The notes beneath the pieces were generated by a model that did not search any database, was not told the origin of the DNA, and saw nothing but the letters and a program-made list of their open reading frames with translations. A stretch of DNA of 64,000 nucleotides from Tubulanus polymorphus. Its lineage: Eukaryota; Animalia; Nemertea. Shown piece after piece: positions 53,501 to 64,000 of this stretch (position 1 is the first letter of the stretch; each line of letters starts with the position of its first letter). Location: NCBI RefSeq assembly GCF_964204645.1, contig NC_134030.1:13944656-14008655 (forward strand), in the 5' to 3' direction. Position numbers and translations under genes: made by a program.

Positions 53501-56500
53501 TATACACTATTTCTATACATATCTCAAATAAACTGACTACTGGTTTTGATAACTAATATTTATACACTTAAAAAAAGCTTAATCTATAGTAAGAGTCGTT
53601 TCTATACTCATGTAAAATACACGGATTTGGTTTTTGATGACAAACAGTTATACACTATAAAAAGGCTTAATCTATAGTAGAAGTTGTTTCTATACATATC
53701 TCAAATAAACTGACTGCTGGTTTTGATAACTAATATTTATACACTATAAAAAAGCTTAATCTATAGTAGGAGTCGTTTCTATACTCATCTCAAATAGACT
53801 GATTTTGGTTTTTGATAATTAATACTTATACACTATTTCTATACATATCTCAAATAAACTGACTACTGGTTTTGATAACTAATATTTATACACTTAAAAA
53901 AAGCTTAATCTATAGTAAGAGTCGTTTCTATACTCCTCTCAAATTGACTGATTTAGGTTTTTGATAATTAATACTTATACACCATAAAAAGGCTTAATCT
54001 ATAGAAGAAGTTGTTTCTATACTCATCACAAATAAACTGACTTTAGTTTTTGATGACTAATAGACACAATGAAAAAGCTTACATCTCAAATAAACTAACT
54101 GTTGGTTTTCGAAAAATCAATATTTATACACTATCAAAAATGCTTAATCTATAGAAAGAGTCATTCCTATACTCATGTAAAATACACGGATTTGGTTTTT
54201 GATGACAAACAGTTATACACTATAAAAAGGCTTAATCTATAGTAGAAGTTGTTTCTAAACATATCTGAAATAAACTGACTGCTGGTTTTGATAACTAATA
54301 TTCATACACTATAAAAAGGCTTAATCTATAGTAGGAGTCATTTCTATTCTCATCTAAAATAGACTGATTTTGGTTTTTGATAATTAATACTTATACACAT
54401 TAAAAGACTTAATCTATAGTAGGAGTTGTTTCTATACTCATCTCAAATAAACTGACTATGGCTTTTTATAATTAATACTTATACACTATAAAAAGGCTTA
54501 ATCTATAGTAGGAGTTGTTTCTATACATATCTCAAATAAACTGACTACTGGTTTTGATAACTAATATTTATACACTTTAAAAAAGCTTAATCTATAGTAA
54601 GAGTCGTTTCTATACTCATCTCAAATTGACTGCTTTAGGTTTTTGATAATTAATACTTATACACCATAAAAAGAATTAATCTATAGTAGGAGTTGTTTCT
54701 ATACTCATCTTAAATAAACTGACTGTTGGTTTTTGATAATTAATATTCATCACTATAATCAAGCTTAATCTATAGAAGAAGTTGTTTCTATACTCATCAC
54801 AAATAAACTGACTTTAGTTTATGATGACTAATAGACACAATGAAAAAGCTTACATCTCAAATAAACTGACTGTTGGTTTTCGAAAATTAATATTTATACA
54901 CTATAAAAAAGCTTAATCTATAGAAAGAGTCATTCCTATACTCATGTAAAATACACGGATTTGGTTTTTGATGACAAACAGTTATACACTATAAAAAGGC
55001 TTAATCTATAGTAGAAGTTGTTTCTATACATATCTCAAATAAACTGACTGCTGGTTTTGATAACTAATATCTATACACTATAAAAAAGCTTAATCTATAG
55101 TGGGAGTCATTTCTATTCTCATCTCAAATAGACTGATTTTGGTTTTGGATAATTAATACTTATACACTATAAAAAGGCTTAATCTATAGTAGGAGTTGTT
55201 TCTATACATATCTCAAATAAACTGACTACTGGTTTTGATAACTAATATTTATACACTATAAAAAAGCTTAATCTATAGTAGGAGTTGTTTCTATACTCAT
55301 CTCAAATAGACTGATTTTGGTTTTTGATAATGAATACTTATACACCATAAAAAGACTTAATCTATAATAGGAGTTGTTTCTATACTCATCTCAAATAGAC
55401 TGATTTTGGTTTTTGATAATGAATACTTATACACCATAAAAAGACTTAATCTATAGTAGGAGTTGTTTCTATACTCATCTCAAATAAACTGAGTATGGCT
55501 TTTTATAATTAATACTTATACACTATAAAGCGCTTTATCTATAGTAGGAGTTGTTTCTATACATATCTCAAATAAACTGACTGCTGGTTTTGATAACTAA
55601 TATTTATACACTATAAAAAAGCTTAATCTATAGTAGGAGTCGTTTCTATACTCATCTCAAATAGACTGATTTTGGTTTTTGATAATTAATATTTATACAC
55701 TATAAAAAAGCTTAATCTATAGTAGGAGTCGTTTCTATACTCATCTCAAATAGACTGATTTTGGTTTTTGATAATTAATACTTATACACTATTTCTATAC
55801 ATATCTCAAATAAACTGACTACTGGTTTTGATAACTAATATTTATACACTTAAAAAAAGCTTAATCTATAGTAAGAGTCGTTTCTATACTCCTCTCAAAT
55901 TGACTGATTTAGGTTTTTGATAATTAATACTTATACACCATAAAAAGGCTTAATCTATAGAAGAAGTTGTTTCTATACTCATCACAAATAAACTGACTTT
56001 AGTTTTTGATGACTAATAGACACAATGAAAAAGCTTACATCTCAAATAAACTAACTGTTGGTTTTCGAAAAATCAATATTTATACACTATCAAAAATGCT
56101 TAATCTATAGAAAGAGTCATTCCTATACTCATGTAAAATACACGGATTTGGTTTTTGATGACAAACAGTTATACACTATAAAAAGGCTTAATCTATAGTA
56201 GAAGTTGTTTCTAAACATATCTGAAATAAACTGACTGCTGGTTTTGATAACTAATATTCATACACTATAAAAAGGCTTAATCTATAGTAGGAGTCATTTC
56301 TATTCTCATCTAAAATAGACTGATTTTGGTTTTTGATAATTAATACTTATACACATTAAAAGACTTAATCTATAGTAGGAGTTGTTTCTATACTCATCTC
56401 AAATAGACTGATTTTGGTTTTTGATAATGAATATTTATACACCATAAAAAGACTTAATCTATAGTAGGAGTTGTTTCTATACTCATCTCAAATAAACTGA

Positions 56501-59500
56501 GTATGGCTTTTTATAATTAATACTTATACACTATAAAGCGCTTTATCTATAGTAGGAGTTGTTTCTATACATATCTCAAATAAACTGACTGCTGGTTTTG
56601 ATAACTAATATTTATACACTATAAAAAAGCTTAATCTATAGTAGGAGTCGTTTCTATACTCATCTCAAATAAACTGACTTTAGTTTTTGATGACTAATAG
56701 ACACAATGAAAAAGCTTACTCTATAGTAAGAGTTGTTTCTATACTCATCTTAAATAAACTGAGTATGGCTTTTTATAATTAATACTTATACACTATAAAA
56801 GGCTTTATCTATAGTAGGAGTTGTTTCTATACATATCTCAAATAAACTGACTGCTGGTTTTGATAACTAACATTTATGCACCATAAAAAGACTTAATCTA
56901 TAGTAAGAGTCGTTTCTATACTCATCTAAAATAGACTGATTTTTGGTTTTTGATGACTAATTGACACAATAATGAGGCTTAATCTATAGTTGTAGTTGTT
57001 TCTATACTCATCTCAAATAAACTGACTTTAGTTTTTGATGACTAATAGACACAATAAAAAGCTTACTCTATAGTAGGAGTCGTTTCTATACTAATCTCAA
57101 ATAAACTGACTTTAGTTTTTGATGACTAATAGACACAATAAAGAGGCTTAATCTATAGGAGTAGTTGTTTCTATACTCATCTCAAATAAACTGACTATGG
57201 CTTTTTATAATTAATACTTATACACTATAAAAAGGCTTTATCTATAGTATGAGTTGTTTCTATACATATCTCAAATAAACTGACTACTGGTTTTGATAAC
57301 TAATATTTATACACTTTAAAAAAGCTTAATCTATTGTAAGAGTCGTTCCTATACTCATCTCAAATTGACTGATTTAGGTTTTTGATAATCAATACTTATA
57401 CACCATAAAAAGGCTTAATCTATAGAAGAAATTGTTTCTATACTCATCACAAATAAACTGACTTTAGTTTTTGATGACTAATAGACACAATGAAAAAGCT
57501 TACATCTCAAATAAACTGACTGTTTTCGAAAAATTAATATTTATACACTATAAAAAAAGCTTAATCTATAGAAAGAGTCATTCCTATACTCATGTAAAAT
57601 ACACGGATTTGGTTTTTGATGACAAACTGTTATACACTATAAAAAGGCTTAATCTATAGTAGAAGTTGTTTCTATGCATATCTCAAATAAACTGACTGCT
57701 GGTTTTGATAACTAATATTTATACACTATAAAAAAGCTTAATCTATAGTAGGAGTCATTTCTATTCTCATCTCAAATAGACTGATTTTGGTTTTTGATAA
57801 TTAATACTTATACACCATAAAAATACTTAATCCATAGTAGGAGTTGTTTCTATACTCATCTTAAATATACTGACTATGGCTTTTTATAATTAATACTTAT
57901 ACACTATTAAAAAGGCTTTATCTATAGTAGGAGTTGTTTCTATACATATCTCAAATTAACTGACTGCTGGTTTTGATAACTAATATTTATACACTGTAAA
58001 AAAGCTTAATCTATAGCAGGAGTCGTTTCTATACTCATCTCAAATTGACTGACTATGGCTTTTTATAATTAATACTTATACACTATAAAAAGGCTTTATC
58101 TATAGTAGAAGTTGTTTCTATACATATCTCAAATAAACTGACTGCTGGTTTTGATAACTAATATTTATACATTATATAAAAGCTTAATCTATAGTAGGAG
58201 TCATTTCTATTCTCATCTCAAATAGACTGATTTTGGTTTTTGATAATTAATACTTATACACTATTAATAGACTTAATCTATATTAGGAGTTGTTTCTATA
58301 CTCATCTCAAATAGACTGATTTTGGTTTTTGATAATTAATACTTATACACCATAAAAATACTTAATCTATAGTAGGAGTTGTTTCTATACTCATCTTAAA
58401 TAAACTGGCTGTTGGTTTTTGATAACTAATATTTATTCACTATAAAGATGCTTAATCTATAGTAGGAGTCATTTCTATACTCATCTCAAATAGACTGATT
58501 TTGGTTTTTGATAATTAATACTTATACACTAAAAGACTTAATCTATAGTAGGAGTTGTTTCTATACTCATCTCAAATAAACTGACTATGGCTTTTTATAA
58601 TTAATACTTATACACTATAAAAGGCTTTATCTATAGTAGGAGTTGTTTCTATACATATCTCAAATAAACTGACTGCTGGTTTTGATAACTAATATTTATA
58701 CACTATAAAAAAGCTTAATCTATAGTAGGAGTTGTTTCTATACTCATCTCAAATAGACTGATTTTGGTTTTTGATAATGAATACTTATACACCATAAAAA
58801 GACTTAATCTATAGTAGGAGTTGTTTCTATACTCATCTCAAATAGACTGATTTTGGTTTTTGATAATGAATACTTATACACCATAAAAAGACTTAATCTA
58901 TAGTAGGAGTTGTTTCTATACTCATCTCAAATAGACTGATTTTGGTTTTTGATAATGAATACTTATACACCATAAAAAGACTCAATCTATAGTAGGAGTT
59001 GTTTCTATACTCATCTCAAATAAACTGAGTATGGCTTTTTATAATTAATACTTATACACTATAAAGCGCTTTATCTATAGTAGGAGTTGTTTCTATACAT
59101 ATCTCAAATAAACTGACTGCTGGTTTTGATAACTAATATTTATACACTATAAAAAAGCTTAATCTATAGTAGGAGTCGTTTCTATACTCATCTCAAATAA
59201 ACTGACTTTAGTTTTTGATGACTAATAGACACAATGAAAAAGCTTACTCTATAGTAAGAGTTGTTTCTATACTCATCTTAAATAAACTGAGTATGGCTTT
59301 TTATAATTAATACTTATACACTATAAAAGGCTTTATCTATAGTAGGAGTTGTTTCTATACATATCTCAAATAAACTGACTGCTGGTTTTGATAACTAACA
59401 TTTATGCACCATAAAAAGACTTAATCTATAGTAAGAGTCGTTTCTATACTCATCTAAAATAGACTGATTTTTGGTTTTTGATGACTAATTGACACAATAA

Positions 59501-62500
59501 TGAGGCTTAATCTATAGTTGTAGTTGTTTCTATACTCATCTCAAATAAACTGACTTTAGTTTTTGATGACTAATAGACACAATAAAAAGCTTACTCTATA
59601 GTAGGAGTCGTTTCTATACTAATCTCAAATAAACTGACTTTAGTTTTTGATGACTAATAGACACAATAAAAAGCTTACTCTATAGTAGGAGTCGTTTCTA
59701 TACTAATCTCAAATAAACTGACTTTAGTTTTTGATGACTAATAGACACAATAAAGAGGCTTAATCTATAGGAGTAGTTGTTTCTATACTCATCTCAAATA
59801 AACTGACTATGGCTTTTTATAATTAATACTTATACACTATAAAAAGGCTTTATCTATAGTATGAGTTGTTTCTATACATATCTCAAATAAACTGACTACT
59901 GGTTATGATAACTAATATTTATACACTAAAAAAAAGCTTAATCTAAAGTAGGAGTCGTTTCTATACTCATCTAGAATAGACTTATTTTGGTTTTTGATAA
60001 TTAATACTTATACACCATAAAAAGACTTAATCTATAGTAGGAGTTGTTTCTATACTCATCTTAAATAAAATGGCTGTTGGTTTTTGATAACTAATATTTA
60101 TTCACTATAAAAATGCTTAATCTATAGTAGGAGTCATTTCTATACTCATCTCAAATAGACTGATTTTGGTTTTTGATAATTAATACTTATACACTAAAAG
60201 ACTTAATCTATAGTAGGAGTTGTTTCTATACTCATCTCAAATAAACTGACTATGGCTTTTTATAATTAATACTTATACACTATAAAAGGCTTTATCTATA
60301 GTAGGAGTTGTTTCTATACATATCTCAAATAAACTGACTGCTGGTTTTGATAACTAATATTTATACACTATAAAAAAGCTTAATCTATAGTAGGAGTCAT
60401 TTCTATACTCATCTCAAATAGACTGATTTTGGTTTTTGATAATGAATACTTATACACCATAAAAAGACTTAATCTATAGTAGGAGTTGTTTCTATACTCA
60501 TCTCAAATAAACTGAGTATGGCTTTTTATAATTAATACTTATACACTATAAAGCGCTTTATCTATAGTAGGAGTTGTTTCTATACATATCTCAAATAAAC
60601 TGACTGCTGGTTTTGATAACTAATATTTATACACTATAAAAAAGCTTAATCTATAGTAGGAGTCGTTTCTATACTCATCTCAAATAAACTGACTTTAGTT
60701 TTTGATGACTAATAGACACAATGAAAAAGCTTACTCTATAGTAAGAGTTGTTTCTATACTCATCTTAAATAAACTGAGTATGGCTTTTTATAATTAATAC
60801 TTATACACTATAAAAGGCTTTATTTATAGTAGGAGTTGTTTCTATACATATCTCAAATAAACTGACTGCTGGTTTTGATAACTAACATTTATACACCATA
60901 AAAAGACTTAATCTATAGTAGGAGTCGTTTCTATACTCATCTCAAATAGACTGATTTTTGGTTTTTGATGACTAATAGACACAATAAAGAGGCTTAATCT
61001 ATAGTAGGAGTTGTTTCTATACTCATCTCAAATAAACTGACTTTAGTTTTTGATGACTAATAGACACAATGAAAAAGCTTACTCTATAGTAGGAGTCGTT
61101 TCTATACGTATCTCAACTTGACTGACTTTGGTGTTTCATGGTTAATAATTATGCCCTATGAGAAAATTTCATTTTTATATACTCATCTCAAATGGTCTGA
61201 ATTTGGTTTTTGGGGAGTAAAACATGAAACACTATACTGTGAAGTAGGGGTCAGTTGATTAATGATCATCTCAAAAGGACTGACTTTGTTTTAAATAGTA
61301 ATATTCATGTTGAAATACTACACTTGGAATTATTTTATAGTAGGGGTCATTTTTATATACAATGTATACTCATACCAACTTTGGTTTTTGAAGAGTAATA
61401 TTTCTATAGGAATACTTTACTGCCAGTCGTTCTAGATTAAGATACATAATTTATATAGAAATATTGAGAATCGTTATACGGAAGGGTTTAAATGTAGAAA
61501 CAAAAGCCATGTATTTGACCGTTTTATGACTTAAAATCACCTGCTTAGCCCAGGCTCATGATAGCTGGTGAATCAGTGACAATCTTCTGGTCAAAAATGG
61601 GAAGTAGTACGTAAATGGTCGATATCCAATTGGTCAAAAAAACCGAGGGCTCAATAAGGATACTGTAATGACTTACCAATTTCTTTACTGACAACTTTTA
61701 CTTCAAATTTACATCTTGAAAATAAAGACAAATCCTTTGCGCAAACTGTTCGTTTCGATCTCCACCTTGTTGTTCACTCTGAAAATAACCAAATTACTGA
61801 TTAGGCACAGGCCTAAATGATAAGAATTTACAAAGATAACAAAGAAAATAACAAAATTGCATAGACTGGGGCATCAATATCCTAAATATAAAATGGACTG
61901 AATTTGCTGCTTGAAGATGCCTATTTATATAGAAAAACTATATTTACATTTATTCTATAAAAGGTGTCACCTTTATGTACTCATCACAAACAGACTGACT
62001 TAGGTATTTGAAGATACCATGACACGCTTTATTGTGAATTATTCTAGACGGAGGTTGTTTTTCTACAATCATCTCCTTTGAGATGACTGGTTCTCGAAGA
62101 TTTATGTTTAACACTATTCTCTGAATCATATTATTCTAAGGGTCATTTTTATATAATCATCTCGATTAAACTGACTGTGGTTATTGGAAATAACATATAT
62201 TGAGAATGACTATTCTGCGAGTCATTCTACACAATGTGTCGTTGCATATTCTTCTCAAATAAAGTGACTCCGGTTATGGTAATTAATATTTGCACACCTT
62301 TACTGAGATTCAATCTATAGTAGGAGCCATTTTTATACTCATCTGAAATAGACTGACTTTGATTTTGAAGATAAATATTTATACACTATTCTGAAATTAA
62401 TTCTATGGTAGAACACATCCTTATACTTATCTCAAATAGACTGACTTTGGTTTTTGGTGATTAATATTCGCACACTTTACTGAGATTCAATCTACAGGAG

Positions 62501-64000
62501 GAGTAGTTTTTATATTCATCTCAAATAGACTGTTTTCTTTAAAGATTGTAACTTATACACTATAATTGAATTCATTCTATGGAAGGACACATTCTTATAC
62601 AACTTATCTTCTTATACTTATCTCAAATAGGTCTAGATTGACTTTGGTTTTTGATGATCAATATTTATACACTACAGCTACAGTTTAACTCAAATAGACT
62701 GGTTTTTTATGATTAATATTTATACAGAAGGAAAAAAGACAATCTATAGTAGGAGTCGTTTTTACACTTATTTCAAATAGACTGACTTTGGTTTTAAAGA
62801 TAAATATTTATACGCTATACTGAAATTAATTAATTCTATGGTTGGACACATTCTTATACTAATCTCAAATAGACTGTTTTTTTTTTAAGATTATAACTAA
62901 TACACTATAATTGAATCCATTCCATGGTAGGACACATTCTTATACTTATATTAAAAAGGCCTAGATTGACTTTGGTTTTTGATGATCCATATTTATACAC
63001 TATCAAAAGACTAAATCTATAGTAGGAGTCGTTTCTATACATATCTCAACTAGACTGAGTTTGGTATTTTATAGTTAATATTTATACACTATGAAAAAGG
63101 TCATTTTATATACTCATCTCAAATGGTCTGAATTTGGTTTCTGGAGAGTAAAACATGACACACTATACTGTGAAGTAGGGGTCAGTTGATTAATAATCAT
63201 CTCAAAAGGACTGACTTGGTTTTAAATAGTAATATACATGTAGAAATACTACACTTGGAATTATTTTATAGTAGGGGTCATTTTTATATACAATGTATAC
63301 TCATACCAACTTTGGTTTTTGAAGAGTAATATTTCTATAGGAATACTTTACTGCCAGTCGTTCTACATTAAGATACATAATTTATATAGAAATATTGTGA
63401 ATCGTTATACGGAAGGGTTTATGTGTAGAAACAAAAGCCAGGGAATATGACCGTTTTATGACTTAAAATCACCTGCTTAGCCCAGGCTCATGATAGCTGG
63501 TGAATCGGTGACAATCTTCTGGTCAAAAATGAGAAGTAGTACGTAAATGGTCGATATCCAATTGGTCAAAAAAACCGAGGGCTCAATAAGGATACTGTAA
63601 TGACTTACCAAATTTTTACTGACACCTTTTACTTCAAATTTACATCTTGAAAATAAAGACAAATCCTTTGCGCAAACTATTCGTTTCGATCTCCTCCTTG
63701 TTGTTCACTCTGAAAATAACCAAATTACTGATTAGGCACAGGCCTAAATGATAAGAATTTACAAAGATAACAAAGAAATTAACAAAATTGCATAGACTGG
63801 GGCATCAATGTCCTAAATATAAAATAGACTGAATTTGCTGCTTGAAGATACCTATTTATATAGAAATACTATATTTACATTTATTCTATACAAGGTGTCA
63901 CCTTTATGTGCTCATCACAAACAGACTGACTTAGGTATTTGAAGATACCATGACACGCTTTATTGTGAATTATTCTACACGGAGGTTGTTTTTCTGCAAT
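47522..64000. repeat. ~1.93-kb tandem macro-repeat
   Basis: GTGAAGTAGGGGTCAGTTGATT recurs at 47522, 49446, 61239 and 63170 (spacings 1924, 11793, 1931); runs off the window. Confidence 0.92.
51250..61150. repeat. ~89-bp AT-rich satellite array with higher-order structure
   Basis: Monomer CTATAGTAGGAGTTGTTTCTATACTCATCTCAAATAAACTGAC...; registers at 58741, 58830 and 58919. Confidence 0.95.

Noticed and set aside
57471-57659. 62-aa ORF
   Set aside because: Chance open frame within the satellite.
51250-61150. CRISPR-like array
   Set aside because: Whole monomers repeat without unique spacers, there are no cas genes and the context is eukaryotic; it is a satellite.

Overview
Repeat-rich, AT-rich eukaryotic DNA, probably from a marine invertebrate (inferred from spliceosomal introns and the transposon repertoire). 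1-13 kb holds the last three coding exons of an SLC20/PiT phosphate transporter, with upstream and intronic DNA full of nested non-autonomous elements. 15277-34765 is a fully bounded but decayed Polinton/Maverick: AGT...ACT ends, ~90-bp TIRs, a perfect CATGTT 6-bp TSD, minor and major capsid genes, an rve integrase with chromodomain, and only stumps of the pPolB and packaging ATPase. Nearly all its genes start in a poxvirus-late-promoter-like T-tract+TAAATG. Its major capsid gene is split by a 6.6-kb CAC...GTG DNA transposon with a 2-bp TSD, encoding a spliced RAG1/Transib/CMC-like DDE transposase with a SAP insertion. Another Polinton gene is split by a Helentron-type non-autonomous element. 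36-40 kb holds a decayed IS3EU-type transposase facing a HECT-like C-terminal fragment, followed by a Gypsy-type LTR. 47.5-64 kb is a ~1.93-kb tandem macro-repeat, one copy of which has expanded into ~10 kb of an 89-bp satellite. All calls are from reading the sequence by eye; no searches were run.
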